A stretch of DNA of 64,000 nucleotides from an uncultured Lentisphaerota bacterium. GTDB taxonomy: Bacteria > Verrucomicrobiota > Kiritimatiellia > CAIQIC01. The notes under the pieces are model-generated. The model was given only the letters and a program-made list of their open reading frames with translations. It had not been told where the DNA came from and did no database searches. A program made the position numbers and the translations under genes. Each line of letters starts with the position of its first letter. Within the stretch, counting starts at the first letter, position 1. The stretch spans positions 51,546 through 115,545 of the forward strand of contig CAISWQ010000047.1 of NCBI GenBank assembly GCA_903889245.1, in the 5' to 3' direction. Of this stretch, positions 21,369 to 30,366 are shown piece after piece.

Positions 21369-21481
21369 TTTTCCAAGGATTGGAAACGGGAACCGCTGGT
21401 TTTTCCAGGGATTGGAGAATCTCACCGATAACTTTCCAGGGTCTGGAAAATTTCATCAGAATTTTTCCAAGGCTTGGAAAA
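21369..21481. repeat. Array of 4 palindrome copies
   Basis: Right half-sites at 21380, 21412, 21443 and 21474. Confidence 0.9.
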
Positions 21482-21490
21482 CGCTGTGCG

Positions 21491-22996
21491 TCACAGCACG
21501 CGGCCGGCGCGGATGACCTGCTGGTACCAGCGGAAGCTCTGCTTCGGGATGCGCTGCTGGGTTTTGTAGTCCACGTAGGTGATGCCGAAGCGCGTGTTAT
21601 AGCCGTAGCTCCACTCGAAGTTGTCCATCAGGCTCCAGAGGAAGTAGCCGATCAGCGGGTAGCCTTCCGCGATGGCGCGCGAAGCGTTGCGCAGGTAGCT
21701 GCGCAGGTACATCACGCGGTCGAGGTCGAACACCTCGCCGTTCTTGGTCACCACGTCCTCGGAGGCGCAGCCGTTCTCGCTGATGTAGATGGGCAGCTCC
21801 TTCTTGCCGAGCGCGTCGGTGACGAGGCGGACGCCCCAGTAGAGCGCCTCGGGCACGCAACTCAACCAGTCGGTGTGCATGTGCGGGTAGCCCTTGGGCA
21901 GCGGCAGGGTTTCGTAGCCGCGCGCGTTCTGCGCCGCGCGGACGTAGGAACCGCAATAGTTGTTGAAGCCGAGCGCGTCGAGCGGCTGGCCGATGGTCGC
22001 CATGTCGCCGGGTTGCACGTCGGCGGCGTCGGGGCCGAGCTTCTCGATGGCCTGCGGGTTGTAGGCGCCGGTCAGGATCGGCACGAGCACGGTGCCGTTG
22101 TGCTCCTCGGCGACGAACGCCTTCTTGGCCGCCTCGATGTTCTCCGGCGTCTCGACCACGGGAATATAGGAGTCGAAATTGACGACGGTGGAGACGTGCG
22201 CGTCCTTCGACGCGGCGCGGATCGCCTGGCAGCTCATGCCGTGCGCGAGCAGCGCGTGGTGGACCGTCTGCAACACCTCCTTGCGCTTCTGGACGATCGT
22301 GCCGGGCGCGTGCTTGGGCACCTTGCCGACGCCGTAGCCCATGAAGGTGAAGCAGAAGATTTCGTTGATGGTCATCCAGTGCTTGAGCTTGTCGCCAAGG
22401 CGCGAGACGACGGCGGTGGTGTAGTCGGCGAAGTCCCTGGCGATTTCGCGGCTGCGCCACGAGCCGTATTTGTCCTCGAGCGCCTGCGGGCTGTCCCAGT
22501 GGAAGAGCGTCGCGTGCGGCGTGATGCCGTGGTCGAGCAGTTCATCCACGAGCCGCTTGTAGAAATCCATGCCCTTCTCGTTGACCGCGCCGCGGCCTTC
22601 CGGCACGACGCGCGGCCAGGAGATGCTGAAGCGGTAGTGCTTGATGCCGAGCTCGACCATCAGCTTCACATCCTCCTTGTAGAGGTGATAGTGATCATTG
22701 GCGACGTCGCCGGTATCGCCGTTCTGGACGCGGCCGGGGGTGCGGCAGAAGGTATCCCACACGCTCGGCTTGCGGCCGTCCGCGTTGGCCGCGCCTTCGA
22801 CCTGATAGGAGGCGGTTGCCGCGCCCCACCAGAAGTTCTTGGGAAAGCTGCCGGCATCCACCAATACGCGCGGGAGGGCCTGGCTGGTGCGCGGCGCGCC
22901 GGCGAGGCCGCCCGCGGCCAGCGCCGCCAGCGTGCCGGAGGAGGCGCCAAAGAAAGCGCGGCGGTTCAACGGTCCAAGCTGTCCGATCTTTTTCAT
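21491..22996 (-). CDS. GH1 beta-glucosidase with Tat signal peptide
   Basis: FWWGAATASYQVEGA, YRFSISWPR, TINE acid/base, ISENG nucleophile, WSLMDNFEW; NRRAFFG Tat motif; ATG 22996 follows an AAGGAG RBS. Confidence 0.92.
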   Translation of the reverse strand: MKKIGQLGPLNRRAFFGASSGTLAALAAGGLAGAPRTSQALPRVLVDAGSFPKNFWWGAATASYQVEGAANADGRKPSVWDTFCRTPGRVQNGDTGDVANDHYHLYKEDVKLMVELGIKHYRFSISWPRVVPEGRGAVNEKGMDFYKRLVDELLDHGITPHATLFHWDSPQALEDKYGSWRSREIARDFADYTTAVVSRLGDKLKHWMTINEIFCFTFMGYGVGKVPKHAPGTIVQKRKEVLQTVHHALLAHGMSCQAIRAASKDAHVSTVVNFDSYIPVVETPENIEAAKKAFVAEEHNGTVLVPILTGAYNPQAIEKLGPDAADVQPGDMATIGQPLDALGFNNYCGSYVRAAQNARGYETLPLPKGYPHMHTDWLSCVPEALYWGVRLVTDALGKKELPIYISENGCASEDVVTKNGEVFDLDRVMYLRSYLRNASRAIAEGYPLIGYFLWSLMDNFEWSYGYNTRFGITYVDYKTQQRIPKQSFRWYQQVIRAGRVL

Positions 22997-23138
22997 GGTG
23001 AACTCCTTCACAGGTGGTCGGGCCGGAGCTTAGCCAGCGCCTCCGCCGTGGGCAAGCCCGCAGCAAAAGGCTGGCGGGGGTGGGGCGCGGCGGCTAGAGT
23101 CACGGCGCGTGGCCGGCGTGGCTGCGCGGAGGTGGAGC

Positions 23139-23408
23139 ATGAGCGAAGTGCTGCAGGATATCGGGTGGGCGATCGTGTTCGCGTTCGTCGGTGGACTCGT
23201 TGGCCTCGTCTTGGTAATGCTCGCGGCGGCGCTGCTGCCGCGGTTGATCGGGCGGTTCACGCCGCAGCTTGACGAGGAGAAGGAGATCGCGCGCGGCAAC
23301 GTGGCGGTCGGCCAGTACTTCGGCCGCGTCGTGGGCGCGAGCATCCTCGGCGTCAGCCTCATCATTGCCGCTGCCGTGCTCGGCGGCATCCTCGCGGCGC
23401 TGCACTGA
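23139..23408 (+). CDS. Small two-TM membrane protein, DUF350 (YjfL-like)
   Basis: Two hydrophobic helices flanking TPQLDEEKEIARGNVAVG; GGAG RBS; ends 2 bp before the Hint-Tim44 gene. Confidence 0.7.
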   Translation: MSEVLQDIGWAIVFAFVGGLVGLVLVMLAAALLPRLIGRFTPQLDEEKEIARGNVAVGQYFGRVVGASILGVSLIIAAAVLGGILAALH

Positions 23409-23410
23409 CC

Positions 23411-25975
23411 ATGAAAAGGGTTTTCGCGCTCGCGCTGCTGGGCTGGCTCGGCCTGGCGGCGGAAGCCCGCGCCCGCGGCGGCGGGGGCTGCCTCGAAGCC
23501 GGCACCGGCATCTTGACACCGGCCGGGGAAATGCCTGTCGAGCAACTCCGACGCGGCGACGCCGTCATCGGCCTGCGCGACGGGCAGAGATTCCGCACGA
23601 CAGTCGCCGATGTCTTCGTCATTCATCCTGCGGAGTTCATCGAGATCACCGCCCACGGTCGGCTGCTCCGGTTGACACCGGAACATCCGGTCGCCATCGG
23701 TGAGGGTGAATTCCTCGCGGCGGAAAAGTTGCCCGGTGCCCACCGGGTTGCCGCGACGAAACCCGCTTTCAACCTGCTCGTCACCGAGGGCGGCGTCTTC
23801 TTTGCCAACGGCGTGCTGGTACACAACAAGGGCTGCTTTCTACCGGATACCGCCATCCTGCGGGCCGATGGCAACCGCGTGCTCATCAGCGCGGTGCAAC
23901 CCGGCGAACGCCTGCTGGCGTTCGACTCCGCTAATCGCCTGGTCACGGCGACGGTGGCCGAGGTCATTACGCACGCGGCGACGGAATTTGTCGTGCTCGC
24001 CACCGAGCGGGCGCAGGTACGCGTGACGGCGGAACATCCTTTTTTCATTGGTGATGGCCGCTTCAAGACCGTCGAGGCTCTGCGCCTTGGCGATGAAGTC
24101 TTCCTCTGCGATGAGCAGGGACTGCAACCGCAGCGCATCACGAGCATCGAGCGGGTGCAATCACCCGTCCGCGTTTTCAATCTGCGCACCGATGCGCCCC
24201 ACACCTTCTTCGCCAATGCGTTTGCCGTGCACAACAAGGGTGGCGGTTGTTTTCCGGCTGGGACGCGCATCGCGACGCCATCGGCTGATCGCGTCATTGA
24301 GCAGTTGGAACCGGGCGCGGCGGTGCTGGCGGTGGAGGAGTCCGGGTTGTGCGTGACCTCGGCCGTGCGCCGGATTTTCCGGCAGCGCGACGCCATCCTC
24401 ACCTTGCATACCGATCGCGGCGATCTGGGCACCACGGCCGAGCATCCGCTGCGCTTGTTTGCCGGCGGTTTCCGGCCGGCGGGCGAACTCGGCGCTGGCG
24501 CAAAGCTGACGGTGGTTCAGCACGGCCGGCTGGTCTCCGCGACGGTGCTCGGCGCGCAGCAGGGTGCTGCTGCGGTCGAGGTGTTCAACCTGGAGGTGGG
24601 GGCGCCGCATACCTTCATCGCCGATGGCTTCGTGGCGCACAACAAGGGCGGTGGCGGCAGCCGGGGCGGCGGCTTTCGGAGCAGCAGTCGCAACCATTCC
24701 GGCGGCGGCAAAGGTTCGGATAATCCGGTGCCGGGGCTGATCGCCTTTGGCTTCTTTATCCTGGTCTGCATCCTCATCATCCGCGCGGGGAAGCAGAAGC
24801 GCGAGGAGGAGAATCTCGATTTCGTCTATGCTCCCGGCAAGACCGCCGCGAAGGTGGCGCAGACGCGCAAGCTGCTGGAGTTCCTCGCGCGGCAGGATGA
24901 GGCGATGCAACCGGCGAAACTCGAGGCGGTGGTACGCGCGACCTTCCTCAAGTTGCAGGAGTGCTGGCAGGCGCGCGAGTATGCCCCGATGCAGCCGCTG
25001 CTGATGCGCGACCTCTTCCTGGACCACAACCGCCAGCTCGCCGGCCTGCAGCGCAACCACGAGATCAACATGATCGCCGATCTGAAGGTGGAGCGACTGG
25101 AGGTGGTACTCGTGCGCTATCCGCAGAAGCCCGACCAGCGCGAGTTCACCGCGCTCATCACGGCCAGCGCCAGGGATTTCTACGTGGACGACCGCAGCCT
25201 GAAGTTCCTGCGTGGCGATCAATCTCCGGCCGAGTTCCAGGAATTCTGGACTTTCCACCGTCAGGGTGACGCGTGGCTGCTGCGCGAGATCGAGCAGTCG
25301 CGCGAGTCCGGCGCGCTCAAGCAGGAGAACTTCGTCGAGCAGTTCACCGACGCGCAACTGCGCCAGATCTACGGCGGGGACGAACCTGCGCTGGGGCCAG
25401 CCGGGCCGTGGCTGGACAAGCCCGTGGAGAGCAAGGCGACCAAGATCGAACGGATGCTGAACTTCCTGGCGCAGACCGACAAGCTGTGGGAACAGCGCGC
25501 GATGGAGCAGCGCGTCCGGCAGGTCTTCACCGCGGTCAAGCTGGCCGAGGAAACCGGCGACGCGGCCGCCGTGCGCGGCGACCTGTTCCCCGATGCTGCC
25601 GCGCATCTGGCAGAGCAGCTCACGGCGCAGCGGCAACAGGGACTCACCCCCGAATATCGCAACCTCTGCGTGCGCAAGGTGGAGTTGATTCTGGTGCGCA
25701 ACCGCGCCGGCGCGGCCGCGGACGAGTTCACCGCGCGCATCAGCGCGCACGCGCAGCAGCTTGTCCGGCGCGCCGATGGCTCTGCAATCGCGCGCGACGA
25801 CTATGTCAAACCCTTCGTCGAGTTCTGGACCTTCGGCCGGCTCGACCAGGTCTGGAAACTCAAGGAAGTCCTGCCTGCGGCCAGTGGGGAAAGTGCGCTG
25901 GCCGCGGAGAATGTGGACGAGGACAGCAACGCGGCACAACTCCGTTGGTATTACACGAAGAAGCGCGCCACCTGA
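23411..25975 (+). CDS. Exported membrane protein: signal peptide, 3 tandem Hint (bacterial intein-like) domains, Gly-rich linker, TM helix, 2 Tim44-like domains
   Basis: Hints at 23489-23827, 23834-24235 and 24248-24643; each starts with Cys (CLEAG, CFLPD, CFPAG), has TxEHP block B and ends VHN/AHN. The C-terminal repeats end EFWTFHR..WLL and EFWTFGR..WKL. Confidence 0.88.
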   Translation: MKRVFALALLGWLGLAAEARARGGGGCLEAGTGILTPAGEMPVEQLRRGDAVIGLRDGQRFRTTVADVFVIHPAEFIEITAHGRLLRLTPEHPVAIGEGEFLAAEKLPGAHRVAATKPAFNLLVTEGGVFFANGVLVHNKGCFLPDTAILRADGNRVLISAVQPGERLLAFDSANRLVTATVAEVITHAATEFVVLATERAQVRVTAEHPFFIGDGRFKTVEALRLGDEVFLCDEQGLQPQRITSIERVQSPVRVFNLRTDAPHTFFANAFAVHNKGGGCFPAGTRIATPSADRVIEQLEPGAAVLAVEESGLCVTSAVRRIFRQRDAILTLHTDRGDLGTTAEHPLRLFAGGFRPAGELGAGAKLTVVQHGRLVSATVLGAQQGAAAVEVFNLEVGAPHTFIADGFVAHNKGGGGSRGGGFRSSSRNHSGGGKGSDNPVPGLIAFGFFILVCILIIRAGKQKREEENLDFVYAPGKTAAKVAQTRKLLEFLARQDEAMQPAKLEAVVRATFLKLQECWQAREYAPMQPLLMRDLFLDHNRQLAGLQRNHEINMIADLKVERLEVVLVRYPQKPDQREFTALITASARDFYVDDRSLKFLRGDQSPAEFQEFWTFHRQGDAWLLREIEQSRESGALKQENFVEQFTDAQLRQIYGGDEPALGPAGPWLDKPVESKATKIERMLNFLAQTDKLWEQRAMEQRVRQVFTAVKLAEETGDAAAVRGDLFPDAAAHLAEQLTAQRQQGLTPEYRNLCVRKVELILVRNRAGAAADEFTARISAHAQQLVRRADGSAIARDDYVKPFVEFWTFGRLDQVWKLKEVLPAASGESALAAENVDEDSNAAQLRWYYTKKRAT

Positions 25976-26159
25976 CAGGTGTTGCGCGGTGAAACTGTCA
26001 TCGGGCTTGACACGTACCAGTCCCTCATAAGAATGAGCGCCATGTTTCACGGCCGTCATGTCAGGGCAGGCTTATGCAGGCCGATACCCGTCCCGGTCCT
26101 GGCAAGGGATCTGGATTGGACGATAGACAGGTGGCCCATAGTGAAAACAAGAGGGCGAA

Positions 26160-27689
26160 ATGAACGGAGACCAACAGACCCGCTGTTTTGATAACGAAAA
26201 ATATCTGGCCGAGCAAACCAAGGCGATTCTGAACCGCGTCAGCCGGTTCGATAATAAACTCTATCTGGAGTTTGGCGGGAAAATCGTCTTTGACTTGCAC
26301 GCCGCGCGCGTGCTGCCCGGTTTCGACCCCAACGTCAAGATGCGGCTGCTCCACCAGTTGCGCGACAAGGTGGAGATCGTGCTCTGCATCTATGCCGGCG
26401 ACATTGAGAGCCGGAAGATGCGGGCGGACTTTGGCATCTCCTATGATGCCGATGCCTTCAAATTGATTGATGATTTGCGCGAGTGGGGGCTGGAGGTTTC
26501 GGCGGTGGTGATCACGCGTTTCACGGGGCAACCCGGCGCCGCCGGTTTCAAAACCAAGCTCGAACGGAGAGGCGTCCGGGTCTATACCCACGGTCCGATT
26601 GCCGGTTACCCGACGGATGTGGAGCGCATTGTCAGCGAGCAGGGTTTTGGGGGTAATCCTTACATTGAGACCACCCGCCCGTTGGTGGTCGTCACGGCAC
26701 CTGGGCCGAACAGCGGCAAGCTCGCCACCTGTCTCTCACAGGTGTATCACGAGCACTGCCGCGGCACCCATGCCGGCTATGCCAAGTTCGAGACGTTCCC
26801 CATCTGGAGCCTGCCGTTGCGCCACCCGGTCAATGCGGCCTACGAGGCGGCGACGGCGGAACTCAAGGATGTGAACATGATTGATCCGTTTCACCTGGAG
26901 GCCTACGGTGAGCGGGCGATCAATTATAACCGCGATGTCGAGGCTTTTCCCGTGCTGCGCCGTATCCTTAGCCGCATCACCGGTACGGCGGACCTCTATC
27001 AGTCGCCGACCGACATGGGGGTCAACCGGGCCGGCTTTGCCATTATTGATGATGCGCAGGCGGTCAGGGCGGGCCAACAGGAAATCATCCGCCGTTATTT
27101 CCGTTACCAGTGTGAGTATGCAGTGGGCACACTTGATCAAGAGCCTGTCCACCGCATCACCCGGTTGCTGGAGGAGTTCAGCATCCGGCCCGAAGACCGG
27201 CCCGTCGTGGAACCGGCCCGACATGCGGCCGCCGCGGCGGAGCAGCGGACGGAGAAGGGCAGCTTCGGCGTGTATTGCGGAGCAGCCCTCCAGTTGCGTG
27301 ACGGAGCCATCCTGACCGGCAGCAATTCGCCGCTGATGCACGCCGCGCCCAGTATGGTGCTCAATGCCATCAAGCACCTGGCCGGCATTCCTCATCATCT
27401 GCCCTTGCTGAGCCCCAACATCGTCGAGGCGGTCGCCAACCTGAAGAAGGACATCTTCCGCCGCAAGGCCATCAGTCTGGACTTGGAGGAGACCTTCATC
27501 GCCTTGAGCATTAGCTCTACTTCCAATCCAGCCGCCCGCGCCGCCATGGATCATCTCGTGGACCTGCATGGTTGCGAAGTCCACCTCACCCATTTGCCCA
27601 CACCGGGCGATGAGGCGGGCTTGCGGCGGTTGGGGGTCAACCTGACCTGCGATCCGCACTTCGCCACGAATAAGCTATTCGTGAGTTGA
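26160..27689 (+). CDS. DUF1846 family protein
   Basis: KLYLEFGGK, HAARVLPGFDPNVK, APGPNSGKLATCLSQ, YAKFETFP, SPTDMGVN. Confidence 0.85.
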   Translation: MNGDQQTRCFDNEKYLAEQTKAILNRVSRFDNKLYLEFGGKIVFDLHAARVLPGFDPNVKMRLLHQLRDKVEIVLCIYAGDIESRKMRADFGISYDADAFKLIDDLREWGLEVSAVVITRFTGQPGAAGFKTKLERRGVRVYTHGPIAGYPTDVERIVSEQGFGGNPYIETTRPLVVVTAPGPNSGKLATCLSQVYHEHCRGTHAGYAKFETFPIWSLPLRHPVNAAYEAATAELKDVNMIDPFHLEAYGERAINYNRDVEAFPVLRRILSRITGTADLYQSPTDMGVNRAGFAIIDDAQAVRAGQQEIIRRYFRYQCEYAVGTLDQEPVHRITRLLEEFSIRPEDRPVVEPARHAAAAAEQRTEKGSFGVYCGAALQLRDGAILTGSNSPLMHAAPSMVLNAIKHLAGIPHHLPLLSPNIVEAVANLKKDIFRRKAISLDLEETFIALSISSTSNPAARAAMDHLVDLHGCEVHLTHLPTPGDEAGLRRLGVNLTCDPHFATNKLFVS

Positions 27690-27710
27690 GGAACCGGACA
27701 CGCCGCCGGA

Positions 27711-27726
27711 TGGCAGCAGGCTTGCT
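27711..27726 (+). promoter_or_regulatory. Putative sigma-54 promoter (-24/-12)
   Basis: TGGCAGCAGGCTTGCT matches TGGCA-N6-TTGC, 43 bp upstream of ATG 27770. Confidence 0.65.
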
Positions 27727-27769
27727 TTCCAGAGGGGAATTGGGGATTGTTGCGCCACGGTGACTTGTT

Positions 27770-28903
27770 ATGCCACGTAGCGATCATGGAAAAACGGTCC
27801 GTATTGACTTGCTGGTGGATGCGGAGACTGGGCTGCCGCTGCGCCGCGATATGGTCGCGCGCCCATCGGATGCCGCACAACCCACGCGCTCAAATCTGCC
27901 CATCTGCTGCCGCGCGCTACTTCAGAGCTTTTACGATGGCGTGATCATCACCGACATCAATGGCCGCATCGTCGAGTTCAACAATCGCGCGCTGCATTTC
28001 CTGCGGTACGGTTATGAGGAGTTGTGCCAGTTAAACATCTTCGACGTGGTGTCCGGCGCTGATGCCGGTTTGTTGGCCACGGTGCAGGAAAATCTGCAGA
28101 AGCTGCAATTCACCTTGCTCAAGGCCTATTGCCACCGCAAGGACGGCAGTTTTTTCCCCGCAGAGATTGTGATCAGCCAGAGCACGCTGGAGGGGGCGTA
28201 TCTGACCTTTTTCATCCGGGATATCTCCATCCGGCGGCAGGCCGAGGAGCAACTGCTCACCGAACATGCCGCGTTGCAGAATGCCGCCAACGGCATTGCC
28301 ATCACTGACCAGACAGGCCATATCATCTATGTCAATCCCGCGATGGCCCAGATGTGGGATTATCGCAGCTCCGAGAAAATGTGTGGGCGCGCGCTCACCG
28401 AGTTGTTCGCCGAGCCGGCCGTTGCCGGCCAGACCATTAGCGCCAACCTTTCCAGCAATGAAACCTGGATCGGCGAATTGCGCGCGCGCCGCCGCAGCGG
28501 CGAGGAGTTCAGCGTCCAAATCTCCGCGGCGCTCAACCGCAATCCCAATGACGAGTTGATGGGGCTGGTCTTCTCGTTTATTGATGTGAGTGACCGGCTG
28601 CGTGCCAATGCCACCCAGCAGGAGGCCGAGCGCCAGCGTGTGATGATTGAAAGCTTCGGTACCGCCTGCCATCACCTGGGCCAGCCGGCCACGGTTTTGA
28701 TGGCGAACCTGGAACTGTTGAATAAGCAGGCGGCCACCCTGCCTGAAGAACTGCGCAAGCAACTGTCCGATGCCGTACAGGCCGCGGAGACCATCCGCGA
28801 TCTGCTCCAGAAGCTCAATGCCGCCGTACTCTACCGGCCCACGCCCTACAGCGCTCCCGCCAGCGAGGCGAGCGCAGCCGACAGCCATATCCTCGAGATC
28901 TGA
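27770..28903 (+). CDS. PAS-PAS sensor with HisKA-like helix but no ATPase domain
   Basis: Two PAS folds (DGVIITDINGRIVEFN; NGIAITDQTGHIIYVN); ACHHLGQPATVL H-box-like segment; stop follows about 70 aa later. Confidence 0.75.
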   Translation: MPRSDHGKTVRIDLLVDAETGLPLRRDMVARPSDAAQPTRSNLPICCRALLQSFYDGVIITDINGRIVEFNNRALHFLRYGYEELCQLNIFDVVSGADAGLLATVQENLQKLQFTLLKAYCHRKDGSFFPAEIVISQSTLEGAYLTFFIRDISIRRQAEEQLLTEHAALQNAANGIAITDQTGHIIYVNPAMAQMWDYRSSEKMCGRALTELFAEPAVAGQTISANLSSNETWIGELRARRRSGEEFSVQISAALNRNPNDELMGLVFSFIDVSDRLRANATQQEAERQRVMIESFGTACHHLGQPATVLMANLELLNKQAATLPEELRKQLSDAVQAAETIRDLLQKLNAAVLYRPTPYSAPASEASAADSHILEI

Positions 28904-28952
28904 TACGCGGCGTTGCCGGTTCATGCCCAAGCCATGAAGAATTCCCGCGGTC

Positions 28953-29000
28953 TTCCAAGGCTTGGAAAAAAGAGACTGCGATTTTCCAAGCCTTGGAAAA
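28953..29000. repeat. Two palindrome copies between convergent genes
   Basis: Right half-sites at 28962 and 28993. Confidence 0.85.
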
Positions 29001-29003
29001 TTT

Positions 29004-30200
29004 TCAGCATGTGTACTGCGGAATCTTCAGCAGTTCGCCACCCTTCAGCGCTGACTGGTGGGCGACAATGCCGGCGACGGTCATGTTCAACGCCCAGGCG
29101 ATGTTCACCAGCGGCTCGCGGTTTTCCAGGATCGCGGTGACGAACTCGTTCATCAGGTGGCCGTGCGAGCCGCCGTGGCCGCCGGACTCGACGCCGGGCG
29201 GCAGCGGCGGGCGGCGCACCTCGGGCGGCTTGCGCTGCAGGCCGACGAAGTCCTTGTAGTAGGAGCCCTTCTGTCCGCGCACGCGGCCCATCTCGCCGTC
29301 GTAGCCGGGCGAATCCCAGCTCACCGCCATCCGCGCGCTGCCGCCCTCGGTGGTGCGGAAGAGCGCGATCTCCGTGCCGAACGGATTCTTGTAGCGGTTG
29401 TTCTCCGGCTGGAAAAATTTCATCTCGCTCGGCATGCCGAGGCACGAGACGGAGGTGAAGCGGCCGCCGGTGACGCCGACGAAGTAGGCGTTCGAATGCG
29501 TCGGATACCACTGCGGCGGCAGGCCGGTGCGCCACTCCTTGAACGAGGGCAGGGGATCCTTGTGCCAATGGTAGTATTCGCCCTCGGCATAGACGATTTT
29601 GCCGAAGCCGCCCGCGCGATAAATTTGCCGCATCGCGGCGAGTTCGTCGCGGTAGCAGGAGGTCTCGAACATCATGTACTTGAGCCCGCTCTTTTTCACG
29701 GCGGCGAAGAGCGCGTCGGCGTCTTCCAGCGAGCCGAAGACCGCCGGGACGGCGGTGGCGACATGCTTGCCGTGCTTGAGCACCTCCATGCAGTGACGCG
29801 CGTGGCTCGGTGCGTCGGTGGCGACGAACACCGCCTCGATGCGATCATCCTTCACCAGTTCCTCGAGCGAGGGATAGGTCTTGGCGCACTTGCACGCTGC
29901 GGCCAACCCGGCGCAGCGCTCCGGGATCAGGTCGCTGACGGCGACAACCTCGACGTTCGGGTGATGCTGGAAGCCGAACGCCGCGCCGAAGCGGCAGTAG
30001 CCGTAGCCGACGATGCCGACGCGCAGCTTGCGGTCGGAGACCGGCTTCCAGCCCTTGGATGTATCCGGCGTGGTCGCCTGCTTCTCGAAGCCGGGAATCA
30101 CCGGCTCGGCCGCGCGAGCGGCTGCGGCTGTCGCGGTCGCCGCGCCCAGTCCGCGCAGAAACGCGCGGCGGGATAGATCGGTTTGCCTGTTCGTTTTCAT
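29004..30200 (-). CDS. Tat-exported Gfo/Idh/MocA oxidoreductase
   Basis: SRRAFL Tat motif; VGIVGYG, IEAVFVATDAPSHA, HGGSHGHL. Confidence 0.88.
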   Translation of the reverse strand: MKTNRQTDLSRRAFLRGLGAATATAAAARAAEPVIPGFEKQATTPDTSKGWKPVSDRKLRVGIVGYGYCRFGAAFGFQHHPNVEVVAVSDLIPERCAGLAAACKCAKTYPSLEELVKDDRIEAVFVATDAPSHARHCMEVLKHGKHVATAVPAVFGSLEDADALFAAVKKSGLKYMMFETSCYRDELAAMRQIYRAGGFGKIVYAEGEYYHWHKDPLPSFKEWRTGLPPQWYPTHSNAYFVGVTGGRFTSVSCLGMPSEMKFFQPENNRYKNPFGTEIALFRTTEGGSARMAVSWDSPGYDGEMGRVRGQKGSYYKDFVGLQRKPPEVRRPPLPPGVESGGHGGSHGHLMNEFVTAILENREPLVNIAWALNMTVAGIVAHQSALKGGELLKIPQYTC

Positions 30201-30231
30201 GTCGCCTGCCTTTCGGTTTCAGTTGTTGTGT

Positions 30232-30339
30232 GCCGCGTTCTCACGAACGCGGCTACATATTTCTCGCATCACTCCGTAGCCGCACTCGTCAGAGTGCGGC
30301 CAGCCCAAGCCAATGCCGCATTCTTACGAATGCAGCTAC
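30232..30339. repeat. Cluster of three GTAG-type REP elements
   Basis: GTAGCCGCACTCGTCAGAGTGCGGC (30276-30300) and two related copies on the minus strand (30232-30256, 30315-30339). Confidence 0.8.
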
Positions 30340-30366
30340 GAAAACAGCGTGCTCTTGCCGCCTCCA

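Noticed and set aside
23489-24643. Canonical self-splicing inteins with homing endonucleases
   Set aside because: The domains are 113-134 aa with no endonuclease, the +1 residue is Lys, and the host is a secreted protein; treated as BIL-type Hints.
26007-26034. Sigma-70 promoter for the DUF1846 gene (TTGACA ... AAGAAT)
   Set aside because: The -35 is perfect but the -10 and spacer are ambiguous; too weak to list as a feature.
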